Source: a virus (taxonomy: Duplodnaviria > Caudoviricetes). Taken from it: a stretch of DNA of 64,000 nucleotides. Positions 56,209 to 64,000 of the stretch are shown here, in pieces. The DNA is taken from positions 4,978 to 68,977 of IMG/VR virus record IMGVR_UViG_2846178487_000001; one strand, 5' to 3'. A model generated the notes under the pieces. The model did not search any database, was not told the origin of the DNA, and worked only from the letters and a program-made list of their open reading frames with translations. Every line of letters begins with the position of its first letter. The first letter of the stretch is position 1. A program made the translations under genes and the position numbers.

Positions 56209-58662
56209 ATGGAATGGTTTATCATCGGGCGTGACATGCATGTACTGTGCAATCCGTCTACAGATACTCCGGACAGTCTTCAAATTGATGATAGTGGGTC
56301 TAATCAAGGTCAGATAATTTCACTCACTAACAATGTAGCGATCGGAACTTATGATTTTACGACATTTCCCGCCCATGAAGATGTTAAGTATATTACGGAA
56401 GGAAATTATATTGCTTTTAAGGATAAATACGGAAAAGACCGTCTATATACCATCATGACAGTTGAAGGAGACGATGAATTAGATGTGCATTGTGAGGATA
56501 TTGGTCTAGACCTTATCAATGAGGTTGCGGGAGCCTGGAATGTGTCGGCAGAATCTGTAGAAAATACCATGAATCGATGCTTACATGATACAGGTTGGGA
56601 AATCGGTATCAATGAGATTCCAGATCGCAAGAGAGCCACAAAATACGAAAGCAAGACGGATAGTCATCTTGCCAGAATCGGTATGATCATGAATGCATTT
56701 GATGCAGAGTGCGAATTTGTGATTGAGATGAATGGGGCAACTGTAACAAAGCAGATCGTGAACATCTACAAGACAATTGGCGAGGATAAGGTTCAGCAGA
56801 CATTTATTGATAACATCAACTTAGTTGCCTTGACCAGAAGCGGAAGCATCGAAGACTTGTGTACCTGTCTGATCTGTTACGGCAAGGAGCTGGAAGATGG
56901 GAAGGTTACAAACATTTCTTCCATCGAATATGATGACGGAAGATATTACAGTCCCAAAGGTCATATCCGAATCTACGACCGAGAGGCACATCAGAAATGG
57001 TCCAGATTCCGAGCTTATGATTATGTAGGACAGGGAGAATTTGACGGATATATCAATGGAGCATTCCAGTATGATACGGATTCTCCACAAGAACTATTTA
57101 ACAGAGGGCTGTCAGAACTCAAGAAGCGGAATGATAAGAAAGTATCCTATGAGGCGGAGTTATATGATTTACAGGCGGATATCGGGGATACCATTCAGAT
57201 CGCAGACAACAGATATCAAGAAAAAATATACCTGTCTGCCAGAGTGCAGGAAGTACAGAATCATTACACGGTTGTCGGAGAAGATACCGGGAAACTTGCT
57301 AATTATACATTAATGGAATCCAAGAAGACGCAGGATGTCGATGCCATCATGAAAGAGCTGCAAGGCAAGATTGTATCTGTGGATCACAGCGAAGTAAGTT
57401 ATCAGGTCGGAGATTCCGGGACAGAACCACCAGAAGGAGAATGGAGCTCCGAGCCAGTATCTGCAGAGTCGGGAAAATATCTCTGGACTAGAACAATTAC
57501 CTATTATACGAACGGCAGTAGCAACACCGCTTACTCGGTTGCGAAGAGTGGAACTAACGGAGAGCCGGGAGAGGATGGTTATTCCCCGACCGTGGACATC
57601 GATAAGAAAGAAGGTGAGACTACGATTACAGTAACAGATAAGAACGGTGCGAAATCTGAAACTATCAAAGATGGGACTCCGGGCAAGGATGGAGATTCCG
57701 GAATCATTGTGTCTGAGACGGCGCCGGAAAATCCAGAGGTGAATCAGTTATGGACGACTGGATCAAAACAGCCGATTAAAAGATGGGATGGAAAAGAGTG
57801 GGTACTGTATTACATCTCCATTGAAAATCTTGATGTTGAGACGCTGAGTGCCATTACTGCGAAACTTGGAACAGTAACTGCAGGAATCATACAGAGTGAA
57901 GATGAGCAGTTCGTAATTAATACCCTTGAACAGTTGATTTCATTATATTCCAAGACAAATGGCTACACCCTCGATATGGAACGTGGTGAGTTACAATTTG
58001 GTGGAATGGATTACTCGACCGGATACCAATTGCCAACGATACTATCGCCTATCGGGTGGTTTGGGGATGTGAACGGGGACAGGGCCAGGTATTTTCTTCG
58101 GCACAAGTCTGATGATGTATATGTCGGATTGACTAAAGACTATTTTACAAATTGTCAGGAACTTCCGATCTACAAGACGCTCAAAGAATATAAGAACATG
58201 AAGCAGAATATCAACCGGATGACGGCGGGAACGAAAGTCGTACAGACCTCTAATAGTGCCACATCGGTAGCGGTTCTAACTAGCGCAGAGCTAAATACTC
58301 TGTTTGACGTGGACGATAGTTCAAACAGCAATACAACCGTGTCATTCGTAAATGGTGACGGCTCTGTTCAGACTGTGCATGTGCAAGGAGCGACATATCT
58401 GAATGGAGTCTGGTACGCGACGTTGGCATCTGGCGCGAAAGCTGGCTCTATTAAAATCAATTATATGGCTATGTATTTCGGTGAAAGCTCGGGGGCGTCT
58501 GGAACTATGAAAGCGCAAGCTAAGACGGTGACGCCAAGAGTTGCAGAACAAGTAGTCACACCGGATGAAGGTTATGATTGCCTGTCCAGTGTAACGGTCC
58601 GGGAAATCCCATATGTAGAGTCCGACGGAGAATCCGGCGGAACAACTGTCAATATCGGATAG
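56209..58662 (+). CDS. Tail-associated (Tal/spike) protein with collagen-like segments
   Basis: N-terminal hub-type domain; GKYLWTRTIT module; GTNGEPGEDG, DGTPGKDG. Confidence 0.82.
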   Translation: MEWFIIGRDMHVLCNPSTDTPDSLQIDDSGSNQGQIISLTNNVAIGTYDFTTFPAHEDVKYITEGNYIAFKDKYGKDRLYTIMTVEGDDELDVHCEDIGLDLINEVAGAWNVSAESVENTMNRCLHDTGWEIGINEIPDRKRATKYESKTDSHLARIGMIMNAFDAECEFVIEMNGATVTKQIVNIYKTIGEDKVQQTFIDNINLVALTRSGSIEDLCTCLICYGKELEDGKVTNISSIEYDDGRYYSPKGHIRIYDREAHQKWSRFRAYDYVGQGEFDGYINGAFQYDTDSPQELFNRGLSELKKRNDKKVSYEAELYDLQADIGDTIQIADNRYQEKIYLSARVQEVQNHYTVVGEDTGKLANYTLMESKKTQDVDAIMKELQGKIVSVDHSEVSYQVGDSGTEPPEGEWSSEPVSAESGKYLWTRTITYYTNGSSNTAYSVAKSGTNGEPGEDGYSPTVDIDKKEGETTITVTDKNGAKSETIKDGTPGKDGDSGIIVSETAPENPEVNQLWTTGSKQPIKRWDGKEWVLYYISIENLDVETLSAITAKLGTVTAGIIQSEDEQFVINTLEQLISLYSKTNGYTLDMERGELQFGGMDYSTGYQLPTILSPIGWFGDVNGDRARYFLRHKSDDVYVGLTKDYFTNCQELPIYKTLKEYKNMKQNINRMTAGTKVVQTSNSATSVAVLTSAELNTLFDVDDSSNSNTTVSFVNGDGSVQTVHVQGATYLNGVWYATLASGAKAGSIKINYMAMYFGESSGASGTMKAQAKTVTPRVAEQVVTPDEGYDCLSSVTVREIPYVESDGESGGTTVNIG

Positions 58663-58673
58663 GAGGTGAAAAA

Positions 58674-59792
58674 GTGGGAATCAACAAGGTAATGTATGGC
58701 TCAAAGACGGTCATAGACCTATCGGGCTCTACGGTAGCTCCAGATAAGATGTTGAAAGGAATCATAGGGTATAACGCTGCGGGCGAAGAGGTTATTGGAA
58801 CACATCAGTGCCAGGCAGGCATCGGAACTGGTGCTTATGTATGGGCAATTTACGATACAAAAGAAGAGTGGAATTATACAACAAAAAGTTTGACAAGTAC
58901 ATCCTTTCCAGATGGTTATGATAGCACAACATATGTTGGTTGGACTATAACGAATGACGGATATTTTGAATTGAATAAAGGGACAACAAGTGGTGACACA
59001 TATTATCTACCGGAAGATTCGGTGGGCAGGAAAGCGAAGAAAATTCTGAGAAAGGGTAGGTACTCGGTTATCAATCCGTATACGGTTATGACAATCAAGG
59101 ATATGCCAGATACGGTGAAAGGTGACAATCTGCTTGGATATGTATCATCAGACACAGAGGACGCATATCCATTAAAAGGTGTCCAAGATAATAAGTATTA
59201 TATCCGTATATCTGGTTCAGATGCCGATGTTACAGCAGGTAAGATGCTATCGGGAATTGTTGGTTATACAAACAATGGAAAAGTAACAGGTTCCATTCAG
59301 AGCCAGGCTGCACAAACAATAACACCAGGCGCATCAGATAAGACCATAGCGTCTGGAAAGTATCTGTCAGGTACGCAGACAATCAAAGGTGATGCAAATC
59401 TGTTAGCGGAAAATATTAAAAACGGTGTATCCATTTTCGGAGTTGCCGGAAGTTTCGCAGGGGGCAGTTCTGGTGGAAGCAAGACAGCACAAGGGACTGT
59501 TACGGGTGCAGGCGCAGATCCAGTTACGATAGATACGGGACTTGATAATGTTAGCACTTTTGTGTTATTTTGCCACAAAAGCGCCTCGACAAGTGGAGTG
59601 ATAAGTGCGGCATATGCAGATGGAACTACAACAGTTGTCGGTGTAAGTTATAGCCAGTACTTTAAGACTGTTGGATATAGTTCGGGGACAATTGCTGTCG
59701 AAGGCGGAACGGTTTCGTATACACCAAAAGATAATACGGCAATAACAAAACTAATGCAGGGCGCGGAATATACCTGGATAGCAATAGAATAG
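58674..59792 (+). CDS. Tail fibre protein 1
   Basis: GTG start after aggaggtg; VAPDKMLKG, DVTAGKMLSG, ENIKNGVSIFGVAG. Confidence 0.75.
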   Translation: MGINKVMYGSKTVIDLSGSTVAPDKMLKGIIGYNAAGEEVIGTHQCQAGIGTGAYVWAIYDTKEEWNYTTKSLTSTSFPDGYDSTTYVGWTITNDGYFELNKGTTSGDTYYLPEDSVGRKAKKILRKGRYSVINPYTVMTIKDMPDTVKGDNLLGYVSSDTEDAYPLKGVQDNKYYIRISGSDADVTAGKMLSGIVGYTNNGKVTGSIQSQAAQTITPGASDKTIASGKYLSGTQTIKGDANLLAENIKNGVSIFGVAGSFAGGSSGGSKTAQGTVTGAGADPVTIDTGLDNVSTFVLFCHKSASTSGVISAAYADGTTTVVGVSYSQYFKTVGYSSGTIAVEGGTVSYTPKDNTAITKLMQGAEYTWIAIE

Positions 59793-59802
59793 GAGGAAAA
59801 TT

Positions 59803-60306
59803 ATGAGAAAAATGAAAAAATTAATAGCAGTTGTATTAATGGCAGTATTAACACTTGCCTGTGCAGTGCCGACAATGGCATGTACGCCACCACTCAAACC
59901 ACCACACATTGATATACCGGAAATCGAAGTTAAGATTGACGATAAACTGCAAGCCGGAATTGATGCTGCGGCAAAGAAGTTTATTGAAAAGAATGTATTG
60001 AGCAAGCCTGTAATCAATAATGTAACATATATCCAGAAGACAACCAGATATGGAACATATAGATGCTTGAGTGCAAGTTGGAATAAAGTAGATAATGCAA
60101 CAAGCTATGAAGTTGAGGTCACAAAAAGTGATGGAACACAAAAGACGTACAAAACGTCATACGCAGTTCTTGTTAAGTCGAATTATGCGGATGAATTTCT
60201 TGATGACGGAATGGACGGTGCAACTGTTAAGGTGAAAGCTTACGGTGTGGATGAGACATTCAGCCTGTGGTCGGACGAAGTTGATGTAGACCAATATAAT
60301 TTCTAA
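59803..60306 (+). CDS. Signal-peptide protein with Fn3-like domain
   Basis: MKKLIAVVLMAVLTLACAVPTMA; SWNKVDNATSYEVEV...VKVKAY...WSD. Confidence 0.75.
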   Translation: MRKMKKLIAVVLMAVLTLACAVPTMACTPPLKPPHIDIPEIEVKIDDKLQAGIDAAAKKFIEKNVLSKPVINNVTYIQKTTRYGTYRCLSASWNKVDNATSYEVEVTKSDGTQKTYKTSYAVLVKSNYADEFLDDGMDGATVKVKAYGVDETFSLWSDEVDVDQYNF

Positions 60307-60328
60307 GATAAGAAAGGAGAGATATTAC

Positions 60329-60547
60329 ATGGCAGTAAAACTGATTGATATTAAGCGCACGTACTCAGGCGTAGGCATGTGCTTGGAACTTCTGGCGGAC
60401 AGCAAGGAAGATACGCTTCCGACGCTTATAGCAGATGTTCCGGGGCTTACCGGAGCCGGAAGTATTACTCCTGGTAGTATCTGCTATACACCGGCATTAG
60501 ATATGTGCATCATGGGGAACAATGGACAATGGGGAGCGTGGGTGTAA
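60329..60547 (+). CDS. Small tail-region protein
   Basis: LLADSKEDTLP, PGSICYT; RBS aaaggag. Confidence 0.65.
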   Translation: MAVKLIDIKRTYSGVGMCLELLADSKEDTLPTLIADVPGLTGAGSITPGSICYTPALDMCIMGNNGQWGAWV

Positions 60548-62562
60548 TGGACAAGGTATTGCTATACAAGGTACTGGCTAAAAACGGGGCGGAGAAATCC
60601 GCCTCAGGAAATCCAGTAGTGTTGACGGATACCGTTGAAGGAAAGTCGTTGAAAGACCTTAAGCTATACGGATGGAGTAAGCAGGAGCGTACCACAGGAG
60701 CGCAGCTATTCCCAACCATAACTCCAAGTATAGAAGAGAAAAACGGTATAACTGTAGAATACATGGAGCATGGAAAAATACACATCAGTGGGACAGCGGA
60801 AAAGACGGTGGATTTTATGACACCGACATTTGAGCTTTTGGCTGGAACATACACGCTTTCGATGGGAGTTAATATTAATAATACTCTTATGAGATGCACA
60901 TTGAGTACGACAGAAGGATTACCATATTTCAATATACTTGATAATGGGGCAAGCAAGACAGAAACAATAGGAGATAATAAGATACTATATCTTTTGTTAC
61001 GTGTATACGGTGGAAAAACGATAAATATAACCGTTCAGCCTATGCTTAACACGGGCACATCTCCGCTCCCGTGGGAGCCTTACACTGGCGGACAACCAAG
61101 TCCATCGCCAGATTATCCGCAGGAGATTGTAAGCGCTGGCATGAAGTGGAGCACTGGAGCACAGTTATACGATATGGATACCAGGCTGAATGTTGACGGC
61201 ATTGAATATAAAAAAAATGGAACATCTTATACAGTTAATATTGTGAAAATGTCTGGAAATTTGCTTTATGGAGTTCCGTTTCAATTTTCTAAAGAGGATG
61301 TATACGCAACGTTGAGCGTTTCTCAATTTTTCAATCTGGAACAGGCTGGTGTCAGAATTAATTTAATGGACTCGGAAAGTAATATTGTTGGTACGCTATG
61401 GGCAGATAAGGCTGAAAAAGAGCTTAGTGCAAAATGCTCAAAAATAAGATTTGACTGGTCAAGAGGTGGCAAATTCATAGTATCAGACTTGATGCTGAAT
61501 TTTGGAAACACCGCTCTCCCATACGAACCGTATACAGACGGTGTACCGAAGCTCTATGGAGATAAGGTTAATGTAGAGGTGTGTGGAAAAAATTGGTTGC
61601 ATGTTACTCCGTTCAGAACCAAATTCCAAAACGGAGTAACATTTGAGTATGTCAAACCTGGTGGAATTAAGGTTACTGGAACGGCAACCACAAATACAGA
61701 TAGCCCGGTTTTCCCGATAGAATTAGAGCCAGGAGATTACTATACTGATAGAACAACAGTGAAACAAGCTGTAGTGGTAGAACGAAATGGAAAGCGTACA
61801 TGGATTTCTGGTAAAAAATTTAAGATACTGCAAAATGATGTGCCTAAATACTGGTACTTTCCGATATTACAAGGCGATACTGTAAACGCTACAATCTATC
61901 CACGTATCTACAAAAAGGAAGAGACGCCACGATCCCTCTCCATCAGCACCCCAACCGGACTTCCAGCTATTCCAGTAGACACAGATGGAAACTACACCGA
62001 TGCCAATGGTCAGCAGTGGATAGCGGACTATGTGGATTTGAAGCGAGAAAAGTATGTGCAGAATATATGTGACTTACCGCTAAAAGATATCAGCCTCGAA
62101 TGGAATACCTGGGGAGTGAATGTTAATGCCAGTAATAGTACTGGATTTTTTGCATACGTAAAGAAATATGCGCATGTAGGAAATACAAAAGCATTAGCTA
62201 CTATATGCCGGCATCATACTGACGCCTGGGGAGGGAGAAAAGTTGGTTGCAGTGCAAATGTAAATAATAGTTATATTACAATTTCATTGTATACAAGTGA
62301 TTTAGATGATGCATCGGATAACAAAAAGGCAATAGAATCTTTCAAAAAGATTGTTGAGCAGACGGATACACACGTATTATATGTTCGTGCAGAGCCGATC
62401 GAGCGCGACCTCACACCAGAAGAAATCCAGGCATATAAGAATCTTGTAACTTATGCAGGAACAACCATCGTGGAGAATGATGCAGAATGCTATATGGAAG
62501 TAAGTGCCGGTGGAGGAGACGGCCTTAGAGCCAAGAAGCTGGCGTTGATACTGGGAGAGTAG
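60547..62562 (+). CDS. Tail fibre / receptor-binding protein 2
   Basis: SGNPVVL, repeated TGAQL and PWEPY/PYEPY modules, PSPDYPQEI. Confidence 0.75.
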   Translation: MDKVLLYKVLAKNGAEKSASGNPVVLTDTVEGKSLKDLKLYGWSKQERTTGAQLFPTITPSIEEKNGITVEYMEHGKIHISGTAEKTVDFMTPTFELLAGTYTLSMGVNINNTLMRCTLSTTEGLPYFNILDNGASKTETIGDNKILYLLLRVYGGKTINITVQPMLNTGTSPLPWEPYTGGQPSPSPDYPQEIVSAGMKWSTGAQLYDMDTRLNVDGIEYKKNGTSYTVNIVKMSGNLLYGVPFQFSKEDVYATLSVSQFFNLEQAGVRINLMDSESNIVGTLWADKAEKELSAKCSKIRFDWSRGGKFIVSDLMLNFGNTALPYEPYTDGVPKLYGDKVNVEVCGKNWLHVTPFRTKFQNGVTFEYVKPGGIKVTGTATTNTDSPVFPIELEPGDYYTDRTTVKQAVVVERNGKRTWISGKKFKILQNDVPKYWYFPILQGDTVNATIYPRIYKKEETPRSLSISTPTGLPAIPVDTDGNYTDANGQQWIADYVDLKREKYVQNICDLPLKDISLEWNTWGVNVNASNSTGFFAYVKKYAHVGNTKALATICRHHTDAWGGRKVGCSANVNNSYITISLYTSDLDDASDNKKAIESFKKIVEQTDTHVLYVRAEPIERDLTPEEIQAYKNLVTYAGTTIVENDAECYMEVSAGGGDGLRAKKLALILGE

Positions 62563-62586
62563 AGGTGATCATATGGAAATACGTGC

Positions 62587-62611
62587 AAGACCCTAGAGGT
62601 CTTTTTATTTT
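62587..62611 (+). terminator. Intrinsic terminator
   Basis: aagacc-ctaga-ggtctt followed by tttatttt. Confidence 0.65.
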
Positions 62612-62640
62612 ACGCAAAATTAAGAATCGAGGTACATAGA

Positions 62641-62919
62641 GTGTATGTAGACGTAAACACAATCATTATGGCCGGAAGTCTTTTGACAGCCGTAGTGGTT
62701 ATTTTTTCTGCTATTTTTGCGGTGTACAAGTGGTACTTAAAGCAAAATCAGCAGGACATAGAAATTGAAAGAGTAAAGTCAGAACAATGCTTGCTGACTT
62801 ATGGAATTCTCGCTTGCTTGAAAGGACTTAAGGAGCAGGGGTGCAATGGTCCAGTAACTGAGGCAATAGACAAGATTGAGAAGCATATAAATAAGCAAGC
62901 GCATGATCAGGAGGATTAG
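62641..62919 (+). CDS. Holin-like single-TM lysis protein
   Basis: One TM segment, LACLKGL...GCNG.V; GTG start. Confidence 0.65.
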   Translation: MYVDVNTIIMAGSLLTAVVVIFSAIFAVYKWYLKQNQQDIEIERVKSEQCLLTYGILACLKGLKEQGCNGPVTEAIDKIEKHINKQAHDQED

Positions 62920-62924
62920 ATGAT

Positions 62925-63188
62925 ATGGATATTACAACATTAGGAACAGTAGTTGGAATCGTAGCAATCTGCTATGTGATTGGACTTGGCTGTAAGGCTT
63001 ATGAGAAAATTCCGGACAAATGGATTCCGGTCATCATGGCTGTATGTGGCGGAGCTCTGGGCGTTGCCGGACTCTACACAATGCCGGATTTTCCGGCCGG
63101 AGATGTGATTAATGCAATTGCGGTCGGAATGGCGAGTGGGTTGGCAGCGACCGGAGTAAATCAGTTGTATAAACAGCAGTGTAAGTAG
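62925..63188 (+). CDS. Holin (Dp-1-like)
   Basis: DKWIPVIMAVCGGALG, AIAVGMASGLAATG. Confidence 0.85.
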   Translation: MDITTLGTVVGIVAICYVIGLGCKAYEKIPDKWIPVIMAVCGGALGVAGLYTMPDFPAGDVINAIAVGMASGLAATGVNQLYKQQCK

Positions 63189-63216
63189 AGGGCGAGTAAT
63201 CGTCCTCTTATTATTT
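63187..63216 (+). terminator. Terminator-like hairpin between holin and endolysin
   Basis: agagggcga-gtaa-tcgtcctct plus tattattt. Confidence 0.55.
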
Positions 63217-63217
63217 A

Positions 63218-63233
63218 TGTGCGATGTCGCACA
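63218..63233. promoter_or_regulatory. 16-bp palindrome upstream of endolysin RBS
   Basis: TGTGCGATGTCGCACA directly before ggaaggag. Confidence 0.5.
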
Positions 63234-63247
63234 GGAAGGAGAAGAGT

Positions 63248-64000
63248 ATGAACATTATCGAAACAAATCTTAAATTCGGAGCATTATCCACACGTAAATC
63301 AACCAAGAGAGCAATTCTGCATCATGCGGAAGCTTCTAAGTGTACTGCAGAGGATATCCACCGCTGGCACAAACAGAATGGATGGTCCGGTGCTGGTTAT
63401 CATTTTCTGGTCCGCAAGGATGGAACCATCTACAGACTCCGGCCAGAAAACGCAGTCGGTTCCCATGCAAAGGGTAGCAATTCAGACAGTATCGGAATCT
63501 GCTTTGAGGGGTCTTACATGACGGAGACCATGCCACAGGCACAGATCAACGCCGGCCGAGAGTTGTTAGGCTACCTGAAAGGCAAGTATGGATTCAGTAA
63601 GGTCCAGGCTCACAGAGATGTATGCTCTACCAATTGCCCGGGCACGAATTTCCCGTTCACGGAAATCGCCGGAGCAACTGCAACTGCATCAGCGCCGACT
63701 ACAACTCCAGCACCAACACCAACACCGGCTCCAAGTGGACCATCTTACCGAGCAGGAACAGTATACACTTTACTGGCTGATCACCTTAGAGTACGTACCG
63801 GTCCGGGAACAGGATATGCGACCAAGTCACGCAAGCAACTGACAGTCAATGCCAGGGGACATGCTTACAGCAACGGCACACTCAAGAAAGGTACTCGTGT
63901 AACCTGCAAGGACGTCCGCAAGGTCGGTAGTGACATCTGGATTAAGATTCCAAGTGGTTGGATTGCTGCATATTATGGCGGAAAAAACTATGTAGGATAG
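63248..64000 (+). CDS. Endolysin: Amidase_2 + Pro/Thr linker + SH3-like domain
   Basis: ILHHA, GYHFLV, VGSHAKG, IGICFEG, HRDVCSTNCPG; LRVRTGPGTGY; stop at 63998-64000. Confidence 0.93.
   Translation: MNIIETNLKFGALSTRKSTKRAILHHAEASKCTAEDIHRWHKQNGWSGAGYHFLVRKDGTIYRLRPENAVGSHAKGSNSDSIGICFEGSYMTETMPQAQINAGRELLGYLKGKYGFSKVQAHRDVCSTNCPGTNFPFTEIAGATATASAPTTTPAPTPTPAPSGPSYRAGTVYTLLADHLRVRTGPGTGYATKSRKQLTVNARGHAYSNGTLKKGTRVTCKDVRKVGSDIWIKIPSGWIAAYYGGKNYVG

Larger units (their letters stand above)
22792..64000 (+). mobile_element. Long-tailed (siphovirus-type) prophage with serine integrase, right att outside window
   Basis: Complete module order int-immunity-replication-packaging-head-tail-lysis with no visible frameshifts. 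Confidence 0.96.

Noticed and set aside
56209-62562. DGR or invertible tail-fibre system
   Set aside because: No reverse transcriptase, adenine-variant repeat pair, invertase or inverted gene segments in the window
277-63842. Many 60-160 aa ORF-track entries antisense to or nested in long genes (e.g. 536-817, 12395-12682, 30641-30994, 53182-53523)
   Set aside because: Shadow frames of well-supported genes, without RBS or recognisable motifs

Overview
Firmicutes (Lachnospiraceae-like) chromosomal window made almost entirely of two mobile elements placed back to back. (1) 1-~22578 is the right ~22.6 kb of a Tn916-family ICE: LPxTG/VaFE adhesin, orf23-orf13 conjugation module with MOBT relaxase and oriT, two ArdA, a GntR-ABC cargo at the tetM position, an orf6/9/7/8-like regulation module and a large serine recombinase. 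(2) ~22792-64000 is a long-tailed (siphovirus-type) prophage, read from serine integrase through CI/Cro switch, replication, packaging, head and tail to holins and endolysin; its far att site lies outside the window. The ~215 bp between the elements is an internal fragment of the spore-coat Mn-catalase gene cotJC, so one gene is interrupted twice. The strongest unexplained signal is an unannotated 50-aa Com-like zinc-ribbon gene in the tail operon. It is linked to a 15-nt motif, GTGAGCCG(A/T)TGAGCC, found over the start codon of the tail chaperone gene and at the base of a hairpin burying the tape-measure start codon. The ICE's related Cys-rich KTR gene shows the same pairing of tandem GAGCC and hairpin at a terminator. 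Also seen: two promoter-plus-terminator-defined antisense sRNA candidates, a MuF-type capsid toxin/immunity pair, a phage Prp protease with two apparent substrates, a two-gene defence-like moron and an 80-bp tandem repeat at the probable origin. All family names are from sequence recognition; no database search was run.
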